DNA of 64,000 bases from Sulfolobales archaeon (lineage in GTDB: Archaea > Thermoproteota > Thermoprotei_A > Sulfolobales > AG1): assembly GCA_038867615.1 (NCBI GenBank), contig JAWBYA010000002.1:128001-192000 (forward strand), in the 5' to 3' direction. Below are positions 42,636 through 53,078 of this stretch, piece after piece; positions within the stretch are counted from its first letter, which is position 1, and the number at the start of each line of letters is the position of its first letter. Below the pieces are notes generated by a model that made no database searches, had not been told where the DNA came from, and saw only the letters and a list, made by a program, of their open reading frames with translations. Both the position numbers and the translations under genes were made by a program.

Positions 42636-42774
42636 CCCTCAAGAATTGATAATTATCCAAACAGGATCCTCTTTTTACACTGGCGCACCATAAACAATGA
42701 TCAATACTAGATAGGTGGTTCCAAAATATCATTGACCGAAACACAATACCAGCCTTATCTCTATTATCCCCCAC

Positions 42775-43506
42775 ATGGTTATCACTATAGGGGCGTGTTT
42801 GCACTCTAAGAACACCGAGAGCATTATTGAGAGAGCCGATGGTGATACTATCTACTCTATTCTCTCCAAGAGTATCAAGGTTGATTGGAGGGAATATGTA
42901 GTCCTTGTAGCTAAGGCGAGAAGCCATGGTCTCTTCCCAATACTTGTGGGGATTATACTGAGCCAGAATACCAGTGATAGGAGCTCTATAAAGGCTTTTG
43001 AGAAGCTGAGAAACAGCGTAGGAGTCGATCTCGATGATATACTTAAAGCGAGCATAGATGATATCGGGAAAGCTATAAGGGAGGCTGGGCTCTGGAGGCA
43101 AAAAGCTGAGACTATTAAGAGGGCTGCCGAAGCAATCTCGAGAATAGGTGGCGAGGATTATCTATCTAAAGAGGATCCGGAGAGATTGAGAAGCTTCCTA
43201 ATATCGATAAAAGGGATAGGTTTTAAAACCGCTGACGTCTTCCTCTCAGTAGCCAGAGGAGCACCGCTGTTCGCTATAGATACCCATGCCATGAGGATAG
43301 CCATGAGATGGGGGCTTATAGAGAAGAGAAGCTATGCAGATGCTTCAAAAGCCCTTCTCAGACTCTTCGGCCCAGAAAGGGCTGAGGAGGCCCATAGGTT
43401 GTTGATAGCGCTTGGCAGGAGATACTGCAGGGCTAGGAATCCGAGGTGCAATGAGTGCCCGGTAAGGGATCTATGTCCAAGCTCCGCGATATATCTTAAG
43501 GAATAA
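42775..43506 (+). CDS. nth: Endonuclease III
   Basis: ILSQNTSD, HhH IKGIGFKTADV, DTH, C..RNPRC.ECPV..LC. Confidence 0.93.
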   Translation: MVITIGACLHSKNTESIIERADGDTIYSILSKSIKVDWREYVVLVAKARSHGLFPILVGIILSQNTSDRSSIKAFEKLRNSVGVDLDDILKASIDDIGKAIREAGLWRQKAETIKRAAEAISRIGGEDYLSKEDPERLRSFLISIKGIGFKTADVFLSVARGAPLFAIDTHAMRIAMRWGLIEKRSYADASKALLRLFGPERAEEAHRLLIALGRRYCRARNPRCNECPVRDLCPSSAIYLKE

Positions 43507-43540
43507 TAGAGAATATAAGCCCCGCCAACAACTCTATGTA

Positions 43541-44731
43541 GTGATTTCCTTGAACTGGCTCGAAGATCTCAGATCGAGAATAGATATTACCAAGAATAAA
43601 ATCTACCTAGACAACGCAGGAGCAGGACCTCTCTCGAGAGACGTTGTTACAGCTATAAGCAGCTTCATAGACCTGTGGAGCCGTGAGGGGGAGCCATGGG
43701 ATGAGGCTTTAGAGCATATTGTGGAGGCTAGGAAAGAGTTTGGAGAACTCATAGGGGCTAGTGTTGATAATATAGCAGCTACACCAGGCGTAACCTATGG
43801 TCTTAACGCTATCCTCTCGTCCATAGAGATAAAGCCAGGATCCAATGCTGTTGCAAGCCCCCTCAACTTCCCCACAGGGATCATATCCCTCCAGGCTATG
43901 AGGTCAAGGGGGATCTTGAAAGAGGTAAGACTCGCAAAACCAAGGAATGGTTATGTGGATATAGAGGAATACGAGAGGCTGATAGACGATAGAACCTCCA
44001 TAGTTCTCGTGGACTATGTATCGTGGATAACTGGATATAGGGAGAGGGTTAGAGAGGTCTCAGAGATCGCCCATAAAAGAGGTGCGTTGGTTATAGTAGA
44101 TGCTTTCCACAGTGTAGGTGTGCTTGAGATCGATGTTAAGAAGGAGGGGATCGATGCTCTCTTATGCGGCTCTTATAAGTGGCTCATGGGACCACATGGT
44201 GCTGGCTTCGCATACATATCGAACGAGCTTCTCCAAAACCTAAAACCCATGTTCTCGGGATGGATGGGTATAGAGGATTCAGTGATCAAGAGGAGGGCTA
44301 GGGGTGAGAAGCTTTTCGAGAGACCCTTCAACATAGAGGGCTTCTCCCCAGCGAGGGATGCAACCATACTGGAGTGGGGTACATGGCCTGTGATAGCTTT
44401 TGAGGGAACCCTGGCCTCTATGAGGCTTCTAAAGAGGTTTGAAGCTATATATAGATATAATACACATACCTCAAGACTTGTTAGAAGGCTTATGGATGGT
44501 GTGGAGGATCTCGGGTTAAGGTTAAAGACCCCGAGGGATAGTCATGCAGCCATAGTTGTGTTTGAATATAGAGATCCATACGGCCTTGCGGAGAAGCTCA
44601 GCTCCAGAGGGATCATCATATCCCCGAGACCGGGGATTATAAGGGTATCTCCCCACCTGTATAACACCATAGAGGAGATCGAGATCTTCCTAGAACAGCT
44701 CAAGAAAAACATAAAGACCAGCGGGGCTTGA
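43541..44731 (+). CDS. Class V PLP aminotransferase (cysteine desulfurase-like)
   Basis: YLDNAG, VDAFHSVG, SYKWLMGPHGAG, RVSPHLYN. Confidence 0.9.
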   Translation: MISLNWLEDLRSRIDITKNKIYLDNAGAGPLSRDVVTAISSFIDLWSREGEPWDEALEHIVEARKEFGELIGASVDNIAATPGVTYGLNAILSSIEIKPGSNAVASPLNFPTGIISLQAMRSRGILKEVRLAKPRNGYVDIEEYERLIDDRTSIVLVDYVSWITGYRERVREVSEIAHKRGALVIVDAFHSVGVLEIDVKKEGIDALLCGSYKWLMGPHGAGFAYISNELLQNLKPMFSGWMGIEDSVIKRRARGEKLFERPFNIEGFSPARDATILEWGTWPVIAFEGTLASMRLLKRFEAIYRYNTHTSRLVRRLMDGVEDLGLRLKTPRDSHAAIVVFEYRDPYGLAEKLSSRGIIISPRPGIIRVSPHLYNTIEEIEIFLEQLKKNIKTSGA

Positions 44732-44791
44732 GAGAGGGCTCTAAGTGTTAAGAAATATGCCGCCTCTTACCAATACCACTATGGTGCTACT

Positions 44792-45046
44792 GTGTACCCC
44801 TCTAGCCAGGATCTCCAGATAATAGCATGGCCATTAATAATCATGGGAGCACTAATACTCCTGATAGGATTGCTTCTCGCCATAGGCCCCCAGATAGCAT
44901 CGATGCTCAGAGAAACAAGCCTCCCAGAGCCTGTTAGAAGCCTTCTCCTTATAGGAACAAGGATCGGGGGTATCGAGATCTATACCTCACCACTGCTAAT
45001 AATAATCCTAGCAATACTATACAGCATAGCCTTTATCAGAAGGTGA
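44792..45046 (+). CDS. Small membrane protein
   Basis: 84 aa, two hydrophobic segments, first gene of a tight three-gene run. Confidence 0.65.
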   Translation: MYPSSQDLQIIAWPLIIMGALILLIGLLLAIGPQIASMLRETSLPEPVRSLLLIGTRIGGIEIYTSPLLIIILAILYSIAFIRR

Positions 45047-45050
45047 TCTT

Positions 45051-45716
45051 TTGGGCGTGCTTGAATTCCTCGAAGAGATCTTTAGATCCAGGGTTGCGTT
45101 TATATCGAAAAACAGATTCGCACTAGGCGTCATAATGGGGCTCCACATATCCAGGCTCCTTAGATCTGGTTATGGGAGTATTCGTGTTTGTGACCTATGG
45201 GGTGTGAGGGAGGAGAGCCTCACAGCAGGAGGGTATCTAAGAGCCGAGGATCTCTCCAGGATCGTGTATGGTTGTGGCGAGCACCACATGGTATATGCTT
45301 CGTGGACAAGCATAATTGATAGAAGAGGTTTTGTCGACAAAGCACTAGGCATATACACAGATGGCGGTAGAGCTATTCTTCTATCAAGGGGGTTTGTGGT
45401 GGTGGGTTTAAAGCAGATGGATATGGGTGTTGGGAGATATATTATAGAAACACCCAGTGGGATCCTCCACGCCCATATAGATCGAGATGGTGTCAGGGAT
45501 GTAAAGATCCCTAATAAGCATGCTATGGCTTATGAGAGGATTGTCGAGGCTTTCAAGGTCTATGGCTCTTTTAAGGTTATAGATGCTGTGAACATCCTCT
45601 CAAGGGATCTCGGGGTTGATAGGGCTGAGGCTAGGAAGATAATAAATGATCTCATAGGAATGGGGTTGATAGAGATCTCAAGCGGCTATATACAGCCTCA
45701 AGAGGGGCGGGAGTAG
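45051..45716 (+). CDS. Hypothetical protein with C-terminal winged helix
   Basis: 221 aa; DAVNILSRDLGVDRAEARKIINDLIGMGLIEISSGYI. Confidence 0.7.
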   Translation: MGVLEFLEEIFRSRVAFISKNRFALGVIMGLHISRLLRSGYGSIRVCDLWGVREESLTAGGYLRAEDLSRIVYGCGEHHMVYASWTSIIDRRGFVDKALGIYTDGGRAILLSRGFVVVGLKQMDMGVGRYIIETPSGILHAHIDRDGVRDVKIPNKHAMAYERIVEAFKVYGSFKVIDAVNILSRDLGVDRAEARKIINDLIGMGLIEISSGYIQPQEGRE

Positions 45717-46540
45717 TGCAGAAACGCACACTAAAGATCTCTCTGATCCAGTCGAGGATCGAGAAGGAGTATAGAGAAAACCTGGCAAGAGTTAGGGATA
45801 TAGCGTCAACAGCATCTGCACCAGATCTTATGGCTATTTACGAGAACTGGCTGGGAAGATCCCCGATCACATATGGGGAGTATTTGGAGGCCTCGCAGGA
45901 ACTGATCGACGCATCTAGATCGAGGGTTCTCGTATCAGGATCCTCATATATCAAGCAGGAAGGCGTGGTTACATCTAAGAGCCTGATAATAGATAGATCT
46001 GGCAGCATCTCAATCGGAGGAAAGGTTTTCCCCAGCGCCGCTACCGGCGAGAGGGCTAGGATATCGCCTGGAGGTCCTCCAGCCTTTATGAGAACCCAGC
46101 ATGGGTTTTCGGTAGCATCTGTAGTATGTGTTGATGCAGCGTACCCCGAGATCGTGAGGATCGCTGCTCTCATGGGTGCTGATATTATCGCTAACCCGAG
46201 CATAATACCAGCCAACAGATCTTACCTCTGGAGATCCATAGGATCTTCGAGGGCTGCTGAAAACACTGTATATTTTATCCACATAAACCCAACAGGTATA
46301 ACCTATGTAGATGGAAGAGAGGTGCTTGGGGGGAGCTTTATCTCAGACCCCCAGGGTAGAATCGTCAGTGAGATGGGTTCCGAAGAAGGGATTCTCGAGG
46401 TGGTTGTAGAGCTAAGCGAGATAGATGTTATAAGGAATAGGTGGAGATATCTAGAAGACGTGAGAGGGATCTTAGAAGAACTATACCTAGGAGCCCTAGA
46501 AAGGATTAAAGATCGTGCTGAAAAAAGATCTAGTTTTTAA
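45716..46540 (+). CDS. Carbon-nitrogen hydrolase (nitrilase superfamily)
   Basis: Glu-Lys-Cys triad (YENW, GKVFP, VCVDAAYPE), RAAEN, G.S.I.DPQG. Confidence 0.88.
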   Translation: MQKRTLKISLIQSRIEKEYRENLARVRDIASTASAPDLMAIYENWLGRSPITYGEYLEASQELIDASRSRVLVSGSSYIKQEGVVTSKSLIIDRSGSISIGGKVFPSAATGERARISPGGPPAFMRTQHGFSVASVVCVDAAYPEIVRIAALMGADIIANPSIIPANRSYLWRSIGSSRAAENTVYFIHINPTGITYVDGREVLGGSFISDPQGRIVSEMGSEEGILEVVVELSEIDVIRNRWRYLEDVRGILEELYLGALERIKDRAEKRSSF

Positions 46541-46544
46541 GTTT

Positions 46545-47984
46545 TTAGTGGAGACTTGGCAGCATGACGAAGTAGAGTATAAATATCAGGGTTATCACTA
46601 TAGTTGCAGGCGTTATATCCTTAAACCTTCCTGAGAGGAGCTTCACCAATGTATATGTTATAAAGGCAAGCCCTATCCCCGTAGCTATACTGTATGTGAG
46701 TGGTATTGCTATTATAGCCATGAAGCTCGGTATAGCTTCCGTGAGATCTTCAAGATCGATCTTCCTTATAACGCTGAGGAAGAGCAGCCCCACAAGGATC
46801 AGAACCGGTGCCGTAGCAAAACCCGGTATAGATGCCGCCAAGGGGGCTATTGGGAGGAAGCATAGGAAGAGAATCCCCGTGACAAGAGCTGTAAGACCAG
46901 ACCTCCCCCCAGCCTCTATCCCCGAAGCAGACTCTATATATACAACAGTTGTCGTGGTACCCGCAAGAGCGCCCACAACCGTTGCAGATGCATCTGTATA
47001 TAGAGCTCTATCTATGTTGACTGGCCTACCACTCCCATTCACAAGCCCCGCCTTGGTTGCTAGTCCTGCTATAGTTCCTATCCCGTCGAAGAACTCTACA
47101 AGGAATAGCGAGAAGGCTATCGGGAATGCGAGGAATATGAGGTCTATATACGCTTTAATAGCATTCGGCATCACCGGGACTAGCGATGTTGAAAAACTAG
47201 GTATTTCAAAGATCCTCTGGGGGATGCTCACAAGACCCGCGACTATACCAACTATTGTTAGGATAACTATTGTTACGAGGAATGCTGGCGAGAACCTCTT
47301 TATATATAGTATAGATGCTAGCACAAGACCCGCGAAAGCTATTATGGATTGGGGCTCGACAAAAGCCTTAACATTAAAGGTAACAGGGGTTCCGACACCG
47401 GGTTGGACAAAGCCTGCTAGTGAGAGGCCTATGAATGTTATGAAGAGACCTATACCGGCACTGATCCCGTAGGCAAGGTTAGGCGAGATCGTTCTAAGCA
47501 CTCTCTCCCTAATCCCAGACCATGCTGCGAAGAGAAATATTAAGCCGTCTACAAAGACAGCGAAGATCGCTGCATACAGTGCTGTTAGAGCTGCTGCCTC
47601 TCCCTTCAACCCCATTCCTGCGAGAACAGCTGTGAACGCAGGGATCACTGAGAACCCTATAAAGCTATTCTCACCCATCCCCGGTGCCATTGCGAAGGGG
47701 AGTTTCGCGTATAGCGCCATCAAGATGGATCCGAAGGCTGCTGCCACGATCGTTGCAGCAGCAATACCAACCTTAACGTTGTTAACGAGAGCCATCTGCT
47801 CTGGCGAGAGGCTCTGAACACCTAGAGCGTTCTTTAGTGCTAGCTCGAAGCCGGATCCAACGATCAGTGGGTTTACGAATATTATGTAGGCCATTGTGAG
47901 GAACGTTGTAATCCCGGCGATTACCTCTCTCCTAGGCTGGATCTCGATCTTGGCTGGAGCAAGGATCCCTAGCTTTCCACTCAA
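46545..47984 (-). CDS. NCS2/AzgA-family purine permease
   Basis: EVIAGITTFLTMAYII.VNP, APGMG, GIGLFI, YIESASGIEAGGRSGLTA. Confidence 0.92.
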   Translation of the reverse strand: MSGKLGILAPAKIEIQPRREVIAGITTFLTMAYIIFVNPLIVGSGFELALKNALGVQSLSPEQMALVNNVKVGIAAATIVAAAFGSILMALYAKLPFAMAPGMGENSFIGFSVIPAFTAVLAGMGLKGEAAALTALYAAIFAVFVDGLIFLFAAWSGIRERVLRTISPNLAYGISAGIGLFITFIGLSLAGFVQPGVGTPVTFNVKAFVEPQSIIAFAGLVLASILYIKRFSPAFLVTIVILTIVGIVAGLVSIPQRIFEIPSFSTSLVPVMPNAIKAYIDLIFLAFPIAFSLFLVEFFDGIGTIAGLATKAGLVNGSGRPVNIDRALYTDASATVVGALAGTTTTVVYIESASGIEAGGRSGLTALVTGILFLCFLPIAPLAASIPGFATAPVLILVGLLFLSVIRKIDLEDLTEAIPSFMAIIAIPLTYSIATGIGLAFITYTLVKLLSGRFKDITPATIVITLIFILYFVMLPSLH

Positions 47985-48161
47985 TATTATCCCATTTAAT
48001 GTAAAAATAAACAATCTTAAAAATAACGCCCGCTTTTACCACAATTAGTCTTTACATAAATGATTTAAAAAGATCCCGAGGTTTAGAAACTCTCTATGCA
48101 CGATCCGTGAAAGCCCACAAACCTATATTGTGCGAGAAGCAATACACAGTAGTGGGTATTA

Positions 48162-48584
48162 ATGGAGCGTGGAGGAAGTTCTGATCTTGTTAAGAAAATG
48201 AGCGAGCTATTAAAAGCAGGTGCTGCAATGCTCGCAGAGACATGCCCGTCATGTGGATCTCCACTCTTTAGATTAAGGGGAGGTGAGGTTATATGTCCTT
48301 TGCACGGGAAAGTCTTCCTGGTAAGGAGTGATGAGGAGGCTAGTACTGTCTCTGTCATATCTGTCCTTTCAAAGATAGAGGATCTAGCTTCTGTTAAGAT
48401 GATGGAGCTCGTCAAAAAACTCTCCACGAAAAGCGACCCCCTGGATCTAGAGTCCCTGGCTAAGTGGCTTGAGATAGTCCAGAGGATCCAGGAGATAAAG
48501 AAAGGACTAGCCCAGATAGGACAGATAGGAGGGGTTCAGCCTGGGAGAAAGGAGAAGGAAGAGATCGAGAAAACGGGATCTTAA
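48162..48584 (+). CDS. UPF0148 / Sjogren autoantigen-1 zinc-ribbon protein
   Basis: MSELLKAGAAMLAETCPSCGSPLF...G.VICP. Confidence 0.9.
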   Translation: MERGGSSDLVKKMSELLKAGAAMLAETCPSCGSPLFRLRGGEVICPLHGKVFLVRSDEEASTVSVISVLSKIEDLASVKMMELVKKLSTKSDPLDLESLAKWLEIVQRIQEIKKGLAQIGQIGGVQPGRKEKEEIEKTGS

Positions 48585-48690
48585 ACTCTAAGATCAAGTC
48601 CCATATATATTGCAGGGATGAAAGCATAGCCACTATTGAAGCTTCAACAACGCCTAATTCTCCCACAGCGAAGCATTTGCGGAGAGCAAT

Positions 48691-49686
48691 ATGAGCTGGG
48701 TTGAAGTTACAGGGTATCTGGAGAGGCTTAGAGATCTCTTCTACGGATTAGCAGAGATAAGGGATACTATTAAGAGGGAGCGATGCATAGGATCCTGCGG
48801 AACTGTCAGAGTGAAGATAGGCTTTCCAACCATGTTTAGAAACGGAGTCATAATGGATGTCACAAACCCCGAGCAGGCTGGCATAGCTGAGGATGCCGGA
48901 GCCGTTGGGGTCATGGTGCTCGATAAGCTACCCTATGATGTTAGGAGAAGCGGCGGCGTTGCTAGAATGGCTGATGTTAAGGCTATAGAGGAGGTGATGA
49001 ACTCCATAACAATACCCGTTAGCGCTAAATGCAGGATAGGGCACTACATGGAGGCAGTCATACTTGAGGAAATAGGTGTCGATCTGATCGATGAGTCTGA
49101 GGTGCTTACACCAGCGGATGATCAGCATCATATTAATAAATGGATATTTAAAGTCCCGTTTGTAAATGGTGCGAGAGACCTTCCCGAGGCTCTGAGGAGA
49201 ATAAGCGAGGGGGCATCCATGATCAGGACAAAGGGAGAGGCTGGGACAGGAAACGTTGCTGAGGCTGTGAGGCATATGAAGACCCTTAACAACGATCTAA
49301 GAACCCTTGCTTCTAGGAGAGATGATGAGGAATTCCTGAGGGACTATGCGAGAAGCTCTAAGGTATCATATGAGCTTGTCAAGCTCGTAGCAGACCTCGG
49401 AAGACTGCCTGTTATAAACTTCGCAGCAGGAGGTATAGCGACACCTGCTGATGCTGCCCTAATGATGTGGCTCGGGGCTGATGGCGTATTCGTAGGCTCT
49501 GGGATCTTTAAATCAAGCGACCCGAGGGCTAGGGCTGAAGCCATAGTTCTTGCAACATCTAGATGGGATGATCCCGAGGCCGTTGTTGAAGCCCAGAGAA
49601 TGGTTTCTGAGAAGAGCGCGATGCAGGGTATAGATATAAAGTTGCTAAAGCCTGAGGAGCTTCTCCAAGTGAGGGGTTCTGGTTGA
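48691..49686 (+). CDS. pdxS: Pyridoxal 5'-phosphate synthase subunit PdxS
   Basis: [46 protein letters not shown]. Confidence 0.97.
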   Translation: MSWVEVTGYLERLRDLFYGLAEIRDTIKRERCIGSCGTVRVKIGFPTMFRNGVIMDVTNPEQAGIAEDAGAVGVMVLDKLPYDVRRSGGVARMADVKAIEEVMNSITIPVSAKCRIGHYMEAVILEEIGVDLIDESEVLTPADDQHHINKWIFKVPFVNGARDLPEALRRISEGASMIRTKGEAGTGNVAEAVRHMKTLNNDLRTLASRRDDEEFLRDYARSSKVSYELVKLVADLGRLPVINFAAGGIATPADAALMMWLGADGVFVGSGIFKSSDPRARAEAIVLATSRWDDPEAVVEAQRMVSEKSAMQGIDIKLLKPEELLQVRGSG

Positions 49687-50294
49687 GGATCGGGGTTCTA
49701 GGTCTTCAAGGGGATTATGAGGAACACATATATCTTCTGAGAAAGGCTATGGGTAAGAGGAGTGTCTCGGGAGAGGTTATCCCGGTTAAGGATAGATCAA
49801 TGCTTAGAGGGCTCAGCGGTATAGTGATCCCTGGGGGAGAGTCTACGGTTATTGGAAGGCTTATCGAGAGAAGCGGCATGACCGAGGAGCTGAGGGAGAT
49901 GATAACCCAGGGTCTACCAACGCTCGGAACATGTGCAGGCGCAATCCTCATGGCAAAGAGGGTTAGGGATAGGGTTGTTGGCGAGGTAACTCAACCCCTG
50001 CTCGGCGTGATGTCAATAGGTGTTGTGAGAAACGCGTTTGGGAGGCAGAGGGAGTCTTTCGAAACCGAGGCTGATGTTGAGGGGGTTGGGAGGATAAGGG
50101 CTATCTTTATCAGGGCTCCGGCGATTGTGGAGATCTGGGGTAATGCTAGATCTCTCTCCAGCATCGAGGCCCCAGATCTTGGGAAGATTTCGATCCTCGC
50201 TATTGAGGGCAGCATGATCGCATCAGCCTTCCACCCAGAGATCTCTGGCGAGACAGCTATTCATGAGATGTTTATAGATATTATTAAGAGATAG
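49683..50294 (+). CDS. pdxT: PLP synthase glutaminase subunit PdxT
   Basis: [36 protein letters not shown]. Confidence 0.97.
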   Translation: MRIGVLGLQGDYEEHIYLLRKAMGKRSVSGEVIPVKDRSMLRGLSGIVIPGGESTVIGRLIERSGMTEELREMITQGLPTLGTCAGAILMAKRVRDRVVGEVTQPLLGVMSIGVVRNAFGRQRESFETEADVEGVGRIRAIFIRAPAIVEIWGNARSLSSIEAPDLGKISILAIEGSMIASAFHPEISGETAIHEMFIDIIKR

Positions 50295-50309
50295 CTAGGT
50301 AGGTTTTTA

Positions 50310-51446
50310 ATGGAATATATATGCGGCATATGCGGCTATAATACGAGAAGCCTGAGAGAAGGTCCTAGATGCCCCTCATGCGGAGCCCCGCTAGAGATCC
50401 TTATTAACAGGAGATGGAGTATAGCTAGAAGCACTCCAAGCATGTGGAGATACGAGACCATGCTCCCAAGATCAGGGGGTATTGTGACTCTGGGAGAGGG
50501 CCTCACCCCTGTTAGGAGGGTTAGGGGCGTGCTTATCAAGGATGAGACGAGGAATCCAACAAGGTCTTATGTCGATAGAGGATCAAGCGTTCTCGCGAGC
50601 AACATATGTATCGATAAGGCTGTTATTAGTTACTCACCAGATCTCTCGATATCCCTTGCAACCTATCTAGCAAGGAGAGAGATCGATCTAACAGTCTCGG
50701 TAAACGGTCCCGTAAGCTCCTCGAACGAGATAATCGAGATCAGCAGGCTTGGTGTGAGGATAGTCTTCGGGGATCTAAATCCTAACATATACTATGAGGA
50801 TCCATATATGATAGAGGGCTTCAAAACCATATCGTATGAGATCTATGAGCAGCTGGGGCATGTGAAACGCGTATGCATCCCAGCAGAAGAGGGTGTGCTA
50901 GCCTATAGCATAGCCAGGGGCTTCAAAACCTTAGAGGAGCTCGGCATAGCCCAGGAATCCCCTGAGATTGTTGCCACAACAACAAGCCATAGGGGAGTGG
51001 TTGGAATGCGTGATGTATTGCTAAAAATAGGGGGAGTAAGGATCGAGAGGATCGATGATCAGGATATAGTTGAGGCTATAATAGAGCTCTCGTCGAGAGG
51101 TATCTATATGAGGCCTATCTCAGCAACATCATATGCGTTTTCAAAGAGGATGAGGAACTGTGTTGCAGTGATAACGGGCTCTGAGATAAAGAGGATACCC
51201 TACATGAACCCGAGAAGAATCTATAGCGGGTCGAGGGTGACAGAGCTTCAGAAAAGGATCGTTGAGGTTTTGTCAAGATCAAATGAAGGGATGACTGCAT
51301 ACGAGGTTTGGAAAAGAATTGGTGGTGATAGCTCGCTCAGAGGTGTATATACATCGATAGAAGCACTTGTTAGAAGAGGCATGCTTACAGCAACTCTGAG
51401 TCTCAGAGGATCCAGGAAGATCAAGCTATATAGGGTTAAGCAATAA
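50310..51446 (+). CDS. Threonine synthase-like protein lacking catalytic Lys, fused to C-terminal winged helix
   Basis: N-terminal Zn ribbon, SMWRY, TLGEGLTP, KDE.RNPTRSYVDRG (K->V), EGFKTISYEI; C-terminal wHTH. Confidence 0.8.
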   Translation: MEYICGICGYNTRSLREGPRCPSCGAPLEILINRRWSIARSTPSMWRYETMLPRSGGIVTLGEGLTPVRRVRGVLIKDETRNPTRSYVDRGSSVLASNICIDKAVISYSPDLSISLATYLARREIDLTVSVNGPVSSSNEIIEISRLGVRIVFGDLNPNIYYEDPYMIEGFKTISYEIYEQLGHVKRVCIPAEEGVLAYSIARGFKTLEELGIAQESPEIVATTTSHRGVVGMRDVLLKIGGVRIERIDDQDIVEAIIELSSRGIYMRPISATSYAFSKRMRNCVAVITGSEIKRIPYMNPRRIYSGSRVTELQKRIVEVLSRSNEGMTAYEVWKRIGGDSSLRGVYTSIEALVRRGMLTATLSLRGSRKIKLYRVKQ

Positions 51447-51517
51447 CAGGGCTTGAATCAGCTATTTCAGATTTATAAATTTTAAGCTCTGATTCGCTAA
51501 TATAATTGGTGTACTTA

Positions 51518-52426
51518 ATGGGTATAGCTTCCATAGAGAATAAGCTTCTTGAAGCCACGGTAAAACTTATAGAAGCCGCAGCTGTATGGCTTCCCGATGA
51601 TGTCGAGAATGCCCTTCTAAAGGCATACGAGATCGAGAATATCCCTGCCACTAAGAGCTTCCTCAAAGCCATGATCGATAATGTAAGGATTGCTAGAGAG
51701 AAGGGGCTACCTATATGCCAAGATACCGGTGTTGTTATGTTCCATGCAGCTGTTGGTGATAAGTTCCCGTTCACAGCCCTCTTACCATCGATCCTCAGGA
51801 AGGCTACTGTTGAGGCTACAAAGAGAATACCCCTGAGACCCAACACCATAGATGTCTTTACAGGCAAGAATCCCGGAGATAATACTGGGCGTTATATGCC
51901 ATGGATCGATTGGGACTTTGTTGAGGGTAGCGATACAGCAGAGATCACTGTTCTGCTAAAAGGCGGTGGTAGCGAGGTTATTGGAAGGGCTAAGAACCTC
52001 ATACCCGCTGAAGGGTTGAAGGGCGTTATGAAATACGTTATCGAGGCCGTATACGAGGCCGGGCCACAACCGTGCCCCCCGATAATTGTCAACGTTGGTA
52101 TAGGTCCCAATGTTAGCACTGCTATGAAGCTCGCCTACAAAGGACTCCTAAGACCGGTTGGTCAGAGACACGAGGTTCCCGAGGTTGCTAAGTTTGAGGA
52201 AGAGCTCCTCAGAGCTATAAACGACATCGGCTTTGGAGCCCACGGAATGATGGGTAAGGTGACAGCGTTAGATGTGCATGTGGACTACGCACCAAGACAC
52301 CCGGCAACACTGAGTGTTGCGGTTGTTATAAATTGTTGGGCTGCTAGAAAAGCCTCTATGAGGATATACCCAGATGGCAGGGTTGAATACATAACACATC
52401 CACACCTGAACAAGGAGGTGGCGTGA
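51518..52426 (+). CDS. Fe-S hydro-lyase alpha subunit (fumarase/tartrate dehydratase)
   Basis: PICQDTG, PLRPN, KGGGSE, PCPP, CWAAR. Confidence 0.92.
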   Translation: MGIASIENKLLEATVKLIEAAAVWLPDDVENALLKAYEIENIPATKSFLKAMIDNVRIAREKGLPICQDTGVVMFHAAVGDKFPFTALLPSILRKATVEATKRIPLRPNTIDVFTGKNPGDNTGRYMPWIDWDFVEGSDTAEITVLLKGGGSEVIGRAKNLIPAEGLKGVMKYVIEAVYEAGPQPCPPIIVNVGIGPNVSTAMKLAYKGLLRPVGQRHEVPEVAKFEEELLRAINDIGFGAHGMMGKVTALDVHVDYAPRHPATLSVAVVINCWAARKASMRIYPDGRVEYITHPHLNKEVA

Positions 52427-52427
52427 C

Positions 52428-53033
52428 ATGGCGGAATATAGCTTGAGAACCCCCCTGTCTGAGGGGGATGTGAGAAAGCTCGACATAGGAGACGTTGTAT
52501 ATATCACAGGCATTGTCGTAACCCTGAGAGATGCTGGGCATAGGAGGGCGTTAGAGCTCCTAGCCAGGGGCGAGAAACTCCCAGTAGATCTAAAAGATCT
52601 CGTGCTATACCACGCGGGACCTGTGGTGAAAAAAGTTGACAATAGATGGGAGGTTGTTGTAATAGGACCGACAACGAGCACGAGAATGGAGGTCTACGAG
52701 TACGAAATGATCGAGAAGACCGGATTGAAAATGATCATAGGTAAGGGTGGTATGGGGCCTAGAACCGCTGAAGCCTGTAAAAAATACGGAGCCGTCTATG
52801 CAGTATACCCTGGAGGGGCAGCAGCACTACAGGCATCACAGGTAAAGAGAGTAGTAGACGTATACTGGCTAGACCTAGGAGTACCGGATGCTATGTGGGT
52901 TCTGGAGGTGGAGAACCTAGGACCCTTAACAGTGGTTATTGATTCGAAGGGAAGGAACTTCTATGACGAAGTATATGCAGAGGCTAGGAGGAAGATAGAT
53001 ACCGAGATATACCCAAGATTGGGTATAAAGTAA
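52428..53033 (+). CDS. Fe-S hydro-lyase beta subunit (fumarase/tartrate dehydratase)
   Basis: RDAGH, YHAGP, GPTTSTRM, IGKGGM, IDSKG. Confidence 0.92.
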   Translation: MAEYSLRTPLSEGDVRKLDIGDVVYITGIVVTLRDAGHRRALELLARGEKLPVDLKDLVLYHAGPVVKKVDNRWEVVVIGPTTSTRMEVYEYEMIEKTGLKMIIGKGGMGPRTAEACKKYGAVYAVYPGGAAALQASQVKRVVDVYWLDLGVPDAMWVLEVENLGPLTVVIDSKGRNFYDEVYAEARRKIDTEIYPRLGIK

Positions 53034-53078
53034 AGCCCAAACTCTTCTTTTTTAACCCTTCAGACCCTGGGTTTCTGG

